Notes: generated by a model not told the origin, from the letters alone. A DNA stretch of 60,843 nucleotides, filler included, from Nemertoderma westbladi (GCA_032718475.1; 3 parts of 3 records of this genome joined end to end with filler, not necessarily neighbours in it), one strand, 5' to 3'. Counted from the first letter of the whole stretch, positions 11,354 through 24,033 are shown. Program-made: numbers and translations.

Positions 11354-13300
11354 TAGAATTATATTCCCTAAATGCCGTGGATTTTCAAAATTTTATTTTA
11401 TTCGGATTAACTTTGTAAAAGATTGCTTTGAATCCTCATTTGTATTTGTAATATCTATTGTACATCTATTGGTCAAGTGGTTCAGTAGCTCAGTCGGTAG
11501 AGCGTTGGAAATTATGTGTGTAGTAGGTATTGAGTTCGAATCCTAGTAAGTGCGAATTATTTTTTGTGCAGAATTTCAACTCATTTAAATTAACCGCTAC
11601 AAATTAATTGCATTTGTCTGTACCAATGAGACTGTAGTTATTTGATTGTAACCAATGTCGTGCAAGTTATATATTAGCTGGACCAATAGCTATCTTTAAA
11701 ACCCTGTTAGAACCTATAGAACAATCGAGAATTTTCTCGATTGATTGCAGCACAAATTTGCTATATAAAGGTGCGATTTGTTCATTAGTTATCTATCTTA
11801 TAACTACACTACTTCAATCTTATACATTCATTATCTCAGTGCATTCTATCTATATCTTTCTGATCTTATTAGTTATTATCTTATCTGTTTGATTTTGTAA
11901 TAAAAGTTAGAAATATTTGTCAATCTCAGCCCTTTTCTATCTGTTTTACCATGGATTCACTACGGTGAACAAACTTAGGGACAGGATGGCCGGCTAGAGA
12001 TCGGGCCGCAGCAATGAACGGGAACATCGGGGGAATGTAGACGAGAGACAACCCGCAATACCATCTTGAGTTATTCGCCCATCGCCTGAAAGGTTAGACA
12101 GCGTTCGACGCCTCGCTACCTAAGCGTAAGACCAAAAGATCAAAAGGTAGAAGTAGTGACACGCTGTAAGCCTAAAATTACATCTAAGGGACTGTACTGT
12201 CTTGATTCAGGAAAAACCGCAGTAGACCTTCATATTCCTACGGGGGGAGAGCGCAGGCAGATACTAGTACGCAGATAGGACGTAGGCACACTGGTACGAA
12301 GCATACAAATTGGTGGGGTGCAGCAAACTGTACGCCTAACTCTTGCTAAGTACAGGTGTGTGTGCGACTATTTGTAGTACGACAGTGTCCATTGCATTAG
12401 AACTTGTAGGCTAGGGGGTTGCTGTGTTTTCACCTGAATTGGGATTGTACCGTTCAGGCGGTAGGGCAGTTTACACTAGGCGCAAATAAATTGAGGCTAT
12501 TAGGGATACTAACATCTACCGTGTCCCCGCCAACGCCCTAATAGGAAGTTACCCGGACTACCTGGGTGACTAAAATTCTAGATAGGAGCCAGGATAGCTA
12601 TTAGTACCCGTACGCCTACAGTAGTAAACTAACACATCTCTTCTTAGTATCAGGGACCTGGTACCTAAAATTGCCGAATTCTGGGCGTAGTATTAACCTT
12701 ATGCCTGAATTTGAGTCCTGGAAATACGCAAGAGGGGAAGGAACCTTATCATTCGTGAGTATTGGACCTACAAGTTATAAAATTAGAATATTCGTAAAAT
12801 GCACACCGTACCCAGTAATTATATATGTGAAGGAGCAAAACTGCTTTGACCGTTCAGAATTAACACACGCGCGTTAGAAATTATTTACACCTCGAAATAT
12901 ATAAAATTAACTTTCGTCCTTACTGCACTTTGCCCGCTAGTTAGACATCTCCAAATATCTGCCTGTGTACCTAGCTAGCGTCCCTTTGCCCAACCATATA
13001 AATCACACCGCGGCAAAGTATACGAGCCCCTTAGTCCGTCAGTGAGTCAGCCTGATTTTAGGATTCGCTGCGCGGGATTTTGTTTTATCGAAGTTTGTCT
13101 GCTCGTAGACTGTTTTCTGCCTCACCGGTTATAAGAGATCGATACTGCAATATATTCGCTTACTTAGAGTTTACTGTTTTGGTGAGAAGGTCGGATTTAT
13201 GATTTGATTCACAAACTTTACAGTAGGATATTGCAGGTATTGTTGCTGTCTCTCCATATAGTAGGAATAGGCGTATCTCTTCCAATATTTAGATATTCTA
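11354..13300. mobile_element. Unclassified 1947-bp non-coding insertion (element A)
   Basis: Removal restores the protease frame; ends TAGAAT...ATTCTA; Pol III A/B boxes at 11486-11543; homology with 43358-44387. Confidence 0.85.
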
Positions 13301-14368
13301 TCACGTAGCATATGTTTTTACACGGCGTCCGGGGATGTTGTGAAATCGACGGGTTTAGTTAGAATCACGGCAAAATGGAACGGCTTCAAGGAAGTGTTAG
13401 ACTTTCATATACTCAAGGATCCACCATTCGAGTTAATATTAGGAATTAAGGCAATTCAGGCCTTCCCTACTATTTTGGGGAACCCAGTGGTAGCAGCCGT
13501 TAATATAATTTCACGAGAAGAGTTTGTGAAACTTTTTCGATGGCCAACGGATTGGAAACCAAATGATTTGGAACAAATACAAGAATTGGTTTGGAGTTTC
13601 CGAGAAATATTCAGCCATTCCAAGTATGATATTGGAAGAATGAAATCATTCACTCATGATATAGAAACGTCTGGGACACCTGTGTTCAAACGTCAATACA
13701 AGAATGCTCAAGTGGACAAAGAAGTAATACACAGGTTAGTGACTGACATGCACAAAAATGATATTATAGCACCGGCACTTTCACCTTGGAATTCACCTTA
13801 TTTGTTAGTTGATAAACCGGATGGTACAAAACGGTTTTGCATTGATTTCAGAGGATTAAATAAAGTGACGATTGATAATAAATTCCCCATGCCACTTATC
13901 GATGAACTTTTAGATCGATTATACAATAAAAAGATATTTTCCAGTTTAGATTTGACAAGTGGTTATTGGCAGGTGCCTTTAACGGAAACGAGCAAACCGA
14001 AAACGGCGTTTCAAGCAGACCATAAACAATGGCAGTTTAATGTCATGCCTTTTGGACTGAAAAATGCATCTTCCGAATTTCAAAAAGATATGCAGACAAT
14101 ACTAAATGATATAGATGTGTTTCCATACGTCGATGACGTCATTCCTGCCTCCGAAACGATACAGGAGCACTACGAAGTTTTGAAGGCAATTTTCACACAA
14201 TTCCGAAATGAAGGGATAAAATTAAAGCCGGCCAAATGTGCTTTTGGATTAACACGGATACCCTATCTCGGATTTATTATTGAAAACGGACAAGTTAAAC
14301 CTGATCCAGAAAAAGTCAAATGCATACAAGATTTCCCCACACCAGCCAATATCAAAGAACAACGTTAG
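13301..14368 (+). pseudogene. pol: Gypsy pol 3' part (protease C-terminal half and reverse transcriptase)
   Basis: ELILG; SPWNSPYLLVDKPDGTKRFCIDFRGLN; LDLTSGYWQV; MPFGLKNA; YVDD. Truncated after RT. Confidence 0.95.
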
Positions 14369-14525
14369 GCCCCAAATTTTATGGGCCTCAACGTGTTATT
14401 TCTCAATTATCACCTCAGGTTGCGTTGTTGGAAGGGAACAGAGTTGTCAATATACATCAATGTTCTTAATGAGACAAGTGGATATGCTTTGTCTGACTTT
14501 ATAGTTATGTTTTAAGGGTGGAGTA

Positions 14526-14799
14526 TGTGAAGAGTATAATCATTAAAAGGGAGATACCAGCTGCTACCTCTGATCAGATTCAATTAACCTTTCCGTCGCC
14601 TATACCTAATCCAATATTGTCTCCACTGGGAGATATCAGCTGTGACCTTTGGACTTATTTTGGTGATATTGCTTTGGCTATATATTACTGGTGTGGGGAG
14701 AATTAAGGGATAAAATTTTGATTGTATTAAACTTGTTTGAATAATTAAATAAACGAAAAAAGGTTTTGTATATTTCATTGTCTTTTAATTAGTTTAACA
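14526..14799 (+). repeat. 3' LTR
   Basis: Copy of 10244-10516 with a few differences; followed by CTCCT. Confidence 0.97.
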
Positions 14800-16665
14800 C
14801 TCCTTTGTGGCAACTACTGTATATCCTCCGTAGTGGCGATTGTTTCTTCCGTTGGGGCAACTATAACATCTGTTGTGGCGATTGTTTCCAGAGGGCGGCA
14901 ACTTTAACTACAACATCCAACAATAAATACTTTTTATTTCAATAACTAAGTATATAGTACTTTAAATAGGGTCTTTCGATACAAACGATATTTACAGAAA
15001 TAACAACTGATTACTTCCAAAACTAATACCTTAACCATGTTCGATTGACATTAGTTTATTGTTTTGGTTAGAATAACGTAGCAGTTTAACTAGCTCCTCT
15101 CCCTTAATTTGATGCTTTACCATTGAAACGAGATATCAATTCTCCAATTGCTTTCAGCCGCCCCCCCCCCCGTATAAATAAAGCGCTACTTTATACATAA
15201 TGATGTCCATTGTATATCATATACGTGTAAAGTAGCGTGGTTGATAGATGAGCCTCTGCATTTATACGGGCTTGGCACCGTTTTTTGTGTTCTTCATGAA
15301 TGTAAAACACAAAAAGCTGCATTACTGTAATTATTTTTCATATAATCGTATAATTGTTTCCCCGTTGTGGCAACTATAACATCTGTTGATATAACTCCGT
15401 ATTCCACAGTTTGGGTTCGTTTGGGTACCGTACATGTCCGTTTGGGTTTTTAGTCCTACCCGTGATTAGACACTTGAGTTCTGTATATTGTGGTAATTAG
15501 ACGTTAGTGAAGTCTTGCGGTAATTAGACACTGAATATTAATAACTACCGTACTGTATATTGTGGTAATTATATGCAGTGTAGTCTTGTGGTAAATAGAT
15601 TGTGGTAATTAGACGCAGTATTGTGTTGTGGTAATTAGACGCAGTATAGTGTTGTGGTAATTAGACGCAGTATAGTCTTGTGGTAATTAGACACTTGCGT
15701 TCTGTATATTGTGGTAATTAGATGCCATTGTAAAATAATATTGTGGTAATTAGATGCAGTGTGCAGTGTAGTCTTGTTCGTAAATAGATTGTGGTAATTA
15801 GACGCAGTATATTCTTGTGGTAATTAGACACTTGCATTCTGTATATTGTGGTAATTAGATGCCATTGTAAAATAATATTGTGGTAATTAGATGCAGTCTG
15901 GCAGTGTAGTCTTGTGGTAAATAGATTGTGGTAATTAGACGCAGTATAGTGTTGTGGTAATTAGACGCAGTATAGTGTTGTGGTAATTAGACGCAGTATA
16001 ATCTTGTGGTAAATAGACACTTGAGTTCTGTATATTGTGGTAATTAGATGCCATTGTAAAATAATATTGTGGTAATTAGATGCAGTGTAGTCTTGTGGTA
16101 AATAGACACTTGCATTCTATATTGTGGTAATTATATGCCAATGTAAAATAATATTGTGGTAATTAGATGCAGTGTAGTCTTGTGGTAAATAGACACTTGA
16201 GTTCTGTATATAGTGGTAATTAGATGCCAATGTAAAATAATATTGTGGTAATTAGATGCAGTGTAGTCTTGTGGTAAATAGACACTTGAGTTCTGTATAT
16301 TCCGATATTGTGGTAATTAGATGCCATTGTAAAATAATATTGTGGTAATTAGATGCAGTGTAGTCTTGTGGTAAATAGACACTTGAGTTCTGTATATTGT
16401 GGTAATTAGATGCCAATGTAAAATAATATTGTGGTAATTAGATGCAGTGTAGTCTTGTGGTAAATAGACACTTTCGTTCTGTATATTGTGGTAATTAGAC
16501 GCCATTGTAAAATAATATTGTGGTAATTAGATGCCTCTATCGAATTGTTGGGGTAGATTGCGGTAGATTGTGGTAGGTTGGGGTAGATTGTGGTAGGTTG
16601 GGGTAGATTGTGGTAGGTTGGGGTAATTAGTAGGACCCAAATAAATGTTTAATTAATGCAGTAAT

Positions 16666-17033
16666 TTTTTTTTTTTTTTTAGTAGACGCGGACCTTTTTT
16701 TTTTTTTTTAACCACTCGGTAATTATTATCAAATGCTGAAATGAGCAAAGGGCGGGAAATTTAAACCATACAAGGGAATTAAATAATATAAAATAATTAA
16801 ACTGATTTTGAAATTGTTTATGATATGAGTTCCTGACTCTACTGTCCCACCCTTGTGTCGGCGTTGGCCAGCAAGATGGACGGCGATGCTTCTGCCCCAA
16901 CAAAAACTGGGCGTTTCCGTGCCGATCTCGACCCTCTTATGCACATCAGAGGGAGGCCCGCAGCAGCGCGAAGCTGAACTGCCTCCGCACCCAGCTCACG
17001 CACTCCGAGTAGCGCAGCTCGCGCTGCATGTGC
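16666..17033 (-). mobile_element. 5'-truncated non-LTR retrotransposon 3' end (CRE-like, restriction-like endonuclease C-terminus)
   Basis: Minus strand reads YSECVSWVRRQFSFALLRASL/MCIRGSRS across one frameshift; poly(A) tracts; flanked by attaatgcag(t/c)aat at 16652-16665 and 17034-17047. Confidence 0.75.
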
Positions 17034-17389
17034 ATTAATGCAGCAATGGTACCGGCCTGTATTACAGTACTGCAGTATTACCGGTATGGGCTGATGGGCT
17101 ATCCAGCTATGGCTGTATGGTTGCTGTTGTCAGATTGCTGATTTCTGGACTGTCAGACAGTTGATTTCAACATGCCTGCCTATGCCATAACATTCAAAAT
17201 TTAGGGTTTGTGCTTAACGGGTATGTGTACGTATTTGTACGTATTCTCAACACAGCAACAGTTCCCCTAGCATACCGTACTGCCGTATGCTACGCTACGG
17301 GAAGTTGTCGAAATTGGTATGTTGTACCTATTTTGACCAAATTTCATAGCATACGGTATGCTACGGCAATTCCATTATTTTGAGTTATA

Positions 17390-17590
17390 ATGGTGTAATC
17401 CCTATTGAAAAGTTTTATTTTCTGCCCCGAACGCGGCGCCGGGTGCCAAAAATCCTGCGCCGGCTCTGTGCAAACCCACGCCCATGCCGGGTGCAAAAAT
17501 CCTGCGCTGGCTCTGTGCAATGCAAAATGCTGCGCTGGGTGAAAAATCTTCCGCCGGCTCTTCAAAGCCTGAAAGCCGCACCGGGCTGAC
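17390..17590. repeat. GC-rich internally duplicated fragment, probable DNA transposon end
   Basis: gccgggtgc(c)aaaaatcctgcgc(c/t)ggctctgtgcaa occurs twice. Confidence 0.45.
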
Positions 17591-19012
17591 TGGTATAAAA
17601 CATAAAATATAAAATCTGCCTGTTACATACTGTACAGTACCTATAGTTTATTCTGTTATCTATAATACTCCTGCTGCATATAGTATACTGTATGTAATGA
17701 ATTAAATATGTATGTATAATGAAACATATCCCCCATGACCCCCCCTCCCCCACCCCATGTATTGAGTTGATGGTACCTACAAGATACATGTATTCATTTA
17801 AATACAGTACTGCATGATATCGTATTCGAATTCGACAAACTTATGTACCATAGAAAGTAATAATAAGATACCAAAATAAAAGTATGGGGAAGGATTTGGA
17901 TATTTGAATATATTAAACTCTATATGGTTTTAATAATAATTATTTCTTGCATGTTAAACTAAATCATCAGGTACAGCGTGCCATTAATAAGTATTCATGG
18001 TATTGGCATTTGTTTGTAAAGTAGCACTTTTGGAAATTGTGCTAATCCGAGTTGTTACTTAAACGAACGAAAGGTAGTGGGTGGGTGAAATGAAAATACG
18101 GAATCAGAGACGGAAAACCTTAAAGACAAATTGTTTTTCTTTGTCTGTTGTTTTATTCCAAAAGTATAACATTACGAAACAACTACTGTACTTAAGAAAC
18201 ACTGCATGTAAATTTTTGTTGTCAAGTAAAGTGTAGATTTTTTGAAATTACTCAAATGTTACAATATGAATTATAGAAAGAATATTAAAGACTACATACT
18301 GTACTAAAGTAGGCCTAGTCCTTGTACACCCACTGCTACGTTCTACTTTACTACATACTACGTACTGTGGTCCGGTATGCGTCTATGCTACAGATGCGGT
18401 ATGTCTGAATGAATAATGACTAGCTGTATGTTATGTTATGTTATTAATATCGCCAGAATAACAATAAAATATTAATATTTGCACATGTACGTACACGTAC
18501 AGCAGATTAAATAAAATGAACACATCTCTGGCAAAGTACGCTAATACTGTAATAAGCGTATGTACTATTGTAATAAAAATACGGATAATGGTATTCAGGT
18601 AAAATTAGTAAAATAATTAAATTTATAGTTTATTTACAGTACTTAACAGTTGGTGCCGGCAAAGCATACTTAGGTTCAAGGGCTTCAACAACATACAGTA
18701 CTAAAGGCAAACATATTGATAAGGGACAATTTTACAATACTCTATAGGATACAAACAACACAACAATATGTAGTTACTGTATATGGAACATAAATTTGGT
18801 ACCGTAGGATGTCGCATACGTAAAATATTACTGCTGAAATAAAACGTGCAAAGTAAACTACAACAGATAGGATAACAATTAAACATAAAAAACACTTTTT
18901 TAAAATTTAACACAAAAAAATGTTTTTTTTTGGAATTGAAAAAATGAAAATAATAGGTACTGTAGCTAGATTTTAATAAAGATATCGTTGTATCCGAAAG
19001 ATTTCGCTACTG

Positions 19013-20265
19013 CTACTTGGCGCTCAGGAAAGGAGTATCACTAATATTCATTTTAAGGGACATTTCGCAGTCTAGTCTATTTTTGAATGTGTTCAACCAT
19101 GGAGTATCAAGGGTATTACGTGCATTAACAATACTTTCCGGTAATGGTAAAGGATTCCAACACGCTGTCTGCAAAGTTGTTGCATCTCCTTTGAGTCCTA
19201 TAGTTCGATCTTTTGTACAGCGCCAAGGAAAAGCCTCGTGTTGAGCATTGGTGGAGTTTGGAGAGAAACTGGAAGAAATTACTTCGCTCAATATTGTCAA
19301 TCCTGTGGATAAACTTGTATGTTGTTATAAGGTCGGCTAGTACACGGCGATTATATTAATGTCGGTAATTTGAGTGCACGCACGTAGTCGGTTTTCTACG
19401 GAAGCCCAAAGCGGACAGTAAACTTCACACATTACTTTGGGGGTGTGTGTGTGTGGTTGACGGGATTGCACGTCATCTTCTCACATACATTGGGGGTAGT
19501 GTGTGTGTGAGTGACGTACTTCACGTCACCCTCACACACACGTTTGCCATCTTGGTGTACGTTTGACCGTAGCCACTGTTGGATCAATTTGACATCAACT
19601 TCGCGTCTACCACACACACGGGCCGGGGTGTATGTGTGATGGTGACGGACATTAACCGTCACCCAAGATGTGAATGTTGGATGGTAAACGTGTGTGTGAG
19701 GGTGACATGAAGTACGTCATTCATACACACACTACCCCCAATGTATGTGAGATGATGACGTGCAATCCCGTCAACCACACACACACACCCCCAAAGTAAT
19801 GTGTGAAGTTTACTGTCCGCTTTGGGCTTCCGTACTTTTCATGACAACTCAGCCAGAGATAGGACAAGGCGAGTGGCACGGGGTTGTACTTGTTCAAGAC
19901 GATCAATATACTGTATAATGTTGGAGGTATGGCGACCAAACAACTGTGTCGTATTCAAGGAGAGGCCGAACAAGGGATTTGTATAACAGGGTCAGATGGT
20001 AAACATCGGAGCTTCCAAATATGTAAAAGTTCTTTGTATTATATGGACGACTCGCATGGCACGGGCAGCAGTCTTTGTGCAGTGAGCTGTGAAGCACAAG
20101 TCTGGTGACAATGTAATTCCAAAATCACGTTCCTTGGTTGCCGATAAAAGTGTCCGTTCATTCATTGTGTAAAAAGTTGCTTGGGGATTTCTAGAACCTA
20201 GATGCATGACCTTGCACTTGGAGTCATTAAACTGTAATTTCCAATGGTTACAACATTTGAACATT
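19013..20265 (-). mobile_element. CR1-like LINE 3' fragment interrupted by a MITE
   Basis: WKLQFNDSKCKVMHLG, LYKSLVRPLLEY...VWSPY and WN...LPESIVNA...LNTFKNRLD, typical CR1/L2 ORF2 C-terminus. Confidence 0.8.
19399..19832. mobile_element. MITE with ~150-bp TIRs and TA target duplication
   Basis: TA|CGGAAGCCCAAAGCGGACAG...CTGTCCGCTTTGGGCTTCCG|TA. Confidence 0.92.
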
Positions 20266-22408
20266 CCACTAGCGTCTACAGTAGAAGTAATAAATTGTTT
20301 CATTATCAATAGTGCCATTGCCATAGTATAAGTCGTTTTGTTTTATTCACTGTTCAACTTTATCCTGTTTTATTATGTGCAGTTTTATTTATACGCTTCT
20401 ATGACAGCAGGGTCTCCATCTCAATAATATAATATAACGCAATAATTTTTATTGTCCGTTTAAATCCTTTTTTTGTCCTTATTTTTTGATTTTTTATGTC
20501 CTCCAAAAGTCTAATGTTAGGTTCCATGCTACCGGTTTCTCTACTGCTGTTCTCTCAGGCTATCAGTACCGGTATTGGTACTGTATATATAGCACTATTT
20601 TGCTGTATTGTATGTACAGATGTAGGTATAAAGCAGGTATTTCTGTATTTTAGTACCGGCACCAGTACTGCTATAGGCCTACTGTGTAGCCTACCATTTA
20701 AATACGGTAATGGTAGGCCTACCGGTTGTGCTAATAAATTTTAAATAATTGATAGGCCAAACTGGATTGCAGGATTGTGGAAAATGTGGATATACCTTTC
20801 ACATAATTTAGGCCTCCCAGTAAAACACGATCCGGATTATGGCCCGCTTCATACTGGTAAATGTCTCTGGTACCCGGCTACAAACCAGCATAGAGCTCTT
20901 TTAATCCTACTTGATTCTGGAATTTTGAATCCAGCAATTTGCCGCTTATTGTTTACCGGATTTATGCTGAAAGAATGGACCTAATAGTCACAGCGTCTAC
21001 GAAGGTGGCAAAAAAGTGGATTAATAATTCTTACTTTTTGTCGGAAACGTTGTGATACTCTGTAAAAAACAAGACACATGAAATTATTTATGTCTACTAA
21101 TCAATCAAACGTAATGGAAGATGGCAGGTAATCAAGTCTATATCACCCCCAAAATGACCTCACATCTATACTACAGACATAAACAAAATGGCCAGCGCAG
21201 TAAAAGTACCAGTACTAACAGTATAGAAAATTCCCTTTCTCCGTCAGCCCCAGGGCAGACAACGACCCCACACTGTGTATATTGAATCCTCAGAGATCCC
21301 GCCATTTTATTGCCATTTCATTAGGCCTAACTATTTCGCCCATTTATTTTATTGCTTCAATCTTACTAATATCAAACATTTCATATCGTATAATAATATT
21401 ATTATTTACGTTTCCGGGCATTTTTTAGTTTACAAATATAAGTATAACTTTCAATTAGGCATTTTTCGTGATTAATTTATTGATTTAGATTTACAGACTA
21501 ATTAATTATTATTTGTAGCAATTAAATATACTTAGTATTAAATTTGTCCTCACTGCCTCTACAGCTCTAGTAGGTAATTTAATTAACAGTTTAATTCGAG
21601 TTCTTAGAGGAATTGGAGAAGGCTGCTGCTATACCTGTATGTCTAACCTTAGCCTATTGCCTAATTAATTCGTTCAAGTTTCACAGTTTCATTCTGCTCT
21701 GGTGGATCAAAATGTATTATTACGTAAGTAAAATGTTTCGAATTTATTTACATTTATAAAGTTCAGGTATATGGTACTGTTTCTGTATAATGTTTATTTT
21801 AGTGTAGGCCCTATAGACCTACCGTACACATGCCTTATGTATGCTAATGGTAAGGGAGATGGTGAGGGTGGGTTTGTATGTGGTGTTAGATGATGATAAT
21901 TCATGAGGGACGAGTTTGTGTGTGTTAGATGATAAATTTATATCCATAATTCATGGGTTTATGTGTTAGAAAACAAAATTATGCGTTAAATGTATGATGG
22001 TTTAGTGTGGCATTGATTACCATTAGGCTCTTCAGATGTAAATATTGTCATCTGTTTACTGTTTTATTATTACTTTATAGCGCTACCTAAAAGGGAAACC
22101 AAGTTGTAAAAGAAGATTTGGAAGAAGGAGTGAATGGAATTATTAGCATTTATTTTATTAGCATTATGGGTGGATGGACTGTGCGGCAACTGAACATAAC
22201 ACCAATCGTTATTAGCATTAGGGGTGGATGGACTGAACTGAGAACTGAACAGAATATCAACCGTTAAAAGGAGTGGATGGACTGTAAAAGCGTTTTGATG
22301 TCATAACTTACTTGTTTTTTGCCATTTCTAGAAGAAAAAGTGTTTTTTGGCTGTTGTGGTGCGATTAGAAATTTGCAAACCTATGAATTATTTGCCATTG
22401 CTATGAAT

Positions 22409-22508
22409 NNNNNNNNNNNNNNNNNNNNNNNNNNNNNNNNNNNNNNNNNNNNTTAATTAATTAANNNNNNNNNNNNNNNNNNNNNNNNNNNNNNNNNNNN
22501 NNNNNNNN
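22409..22508. other. Assembly gap with artificial linker
   Basis: N44-TTAATTAATTAA-N44. Confidence 0.98.
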
Positions 22509-22745
22509 CAAAATTTATAGGGGTTCATCCCACCTAGAAAAGGTCAAGGTAGCAATATTTATCAGTTTTTGTCATACAGTAAATGCATTGTGCATACTGT
22601 GTATATTGTTTATATCCAGTGTACATACTAGATTGAATATATGGGAAAGAACCTTACATGACTCCCCAATTATTGTGTTACTGCCCAGCTGAGTGTCCAA
22701 TGTTACTGTCCAACGGAGAGCCGGTGTCATAGGCGAAAATGCCCC

Positions 22746-22880
22746 CTACTAGGATCGGCATGCTGCATTGCAGCTGCATTTTTAAGAATGCTGTGCCGGC
22801 TTGTCGACAAAATTACGCCGCCACAACTCCCTATCACCCATGACATTTGCTAGATCATCCGCATCTTAACGGGAATCATG
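22746..22880 (-). mobile_element. 3' end fragment of an RTE-group LINE
   Basis: Near-identical to 52875-53000. Confidence 0.8.
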
Positions 22881-23911
22881 ACTAATGTGGGGTCGCTGAA
22901 TCTTTTTGTAATGTAAAGTTTTTCGATTGGTGCAAGCCTTGAGTGTCCGATTGCTGATCAAAACTGATCTTTGCTGATCATGGTCAAGATCATGATCGGG
23001 CAACTTCAAACTCGAAGTTGTGAAGGTAAACCCATATGCTGCCTATTGATTGGCGCCGGTCCCAACTACGTAGCATTAGCCGTTTTGGCTGTAGCTCCAT
23101 AGCAACGAGGTTGCTAGGGAGGCTGACTTTTTGATTCAAATTGGCCCTAGACGGAGAACCGTAGACTTTTGAAACGTAATGTATATGGGAAAAAGTCTTC
23201 TGGATAAATTTTTGGGGGGGGGGGGGTCTAGGAACATCCTATTGTTGGTTTTCGCTTAGTTTCTGAGAAAAGCTTCTCCCAGAAATTCTGGCCAATCTAT
23301 AAAGGCCTGCGCAATGCTAGTACCGTGGCCGAGCACGGATTCGGGTTCTCCGAACACGATAACCTGCGGTTGGGGCCCTGACCGTCAAGCATCAGAGTAT
23401 ACTCCTCCAGTATTAGCACTTAGCAGACATGACCTCGATGATAGAGTAGGCCTGGGCTGGGGCCAACTTCCACTAGTCTGCGGCAAACTGACTAGTGATG
23501 TGACCACTACTGGACCAGTCCACAAGTCTGTCAGTGCAGCAGTGTTCTGGCAGTCTGGTGTTAGACGTTCCGACTTATTTGTAATGCTGTAATGTACAAT
23601 CAGACAATACTGCAATTACTGCAACACCCCGTAATCTTGTAAATACTGAAATAGGCATACTAGCTCCGGCAGTCGGTACGGCAGTACTGCAGTACGGTAC
23701 CGGTACGGTACTCAATTGAAATACTGAAATAGGTAGGTGTATTCTGGTATTTGATTCATGCCTTGGTGTCCAGGTGTCGTGTACTGGTGTAGCGTAGCCG
23801 TGTATGTCAGTAGGTCGGCCTAGGTGCTAGGTAGCTCAGTAGCTCGATCAGTTAATTGCTGGATTGCAGGACAGATAGGCCTAGCTACAATTGAAATTGA
23901 ATTCTTTGGAA

Positions 23912-24033
23912 ATGGCTAACCTTCGGAGTTTAGAAAGTTTCAAGGCCTTACAAAGCTATTATGACAAACACGGAACGACGTTAAGCATGAGAAGGATGTT
24001 CGAGGAGGATCCAAAGCGATATGAAAAATACAG
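23912..24033 (+). CDS. GPI: Glucose-6-phosphate isomerase coding exon 1
   Basis: MANLRSLESFKALQSYYDKHGTTLSMRRMFEEDPKRYEKY; donor GTAGGC. Nine exons total 1665 nt = 554 aa + stop. Confidence 0.9.

Larger units (their letters stand above)
10244..14799 (+). mobile_element. Ty3/Gypsy LTR retrotransposon, internally deleted
   Basis: Near-identical TG..CA LTRs, CTCCT 5-bp TSD, PBS TGGCGCAGT at 10518, purine-rich tract before the 3' LTR; gag, protease and RT present; RNase H and most of integrase missing. Confidence 0.97.
8381..16638. mobile_element. Foldback-type element with long modular inverted arms
   Basis: Ends GGTCCTACTAATTACCCC / GGGGTAATTAGTAGGACC; arms (~8381-9790 and ~15350-16638) built of TAATTACCACAA-anchored subrepeats in opposite orientation; flanked by the direct repeat aaataaatgtttaattaa. 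Confidence 0.9.

Noticed and set aside
11477-11555. tRNA gene
   Set aside because: Only A/B boxes are retained; no cloverleaf.
16826-17035. GC-rich foldable segment resembling an ncRNA such as 7SK or RNase MRP
   Set aside because: Diagnostic motifs are absent; the minus strand encodes a retrotransposon C-terminus with poly(A) and a TSD.
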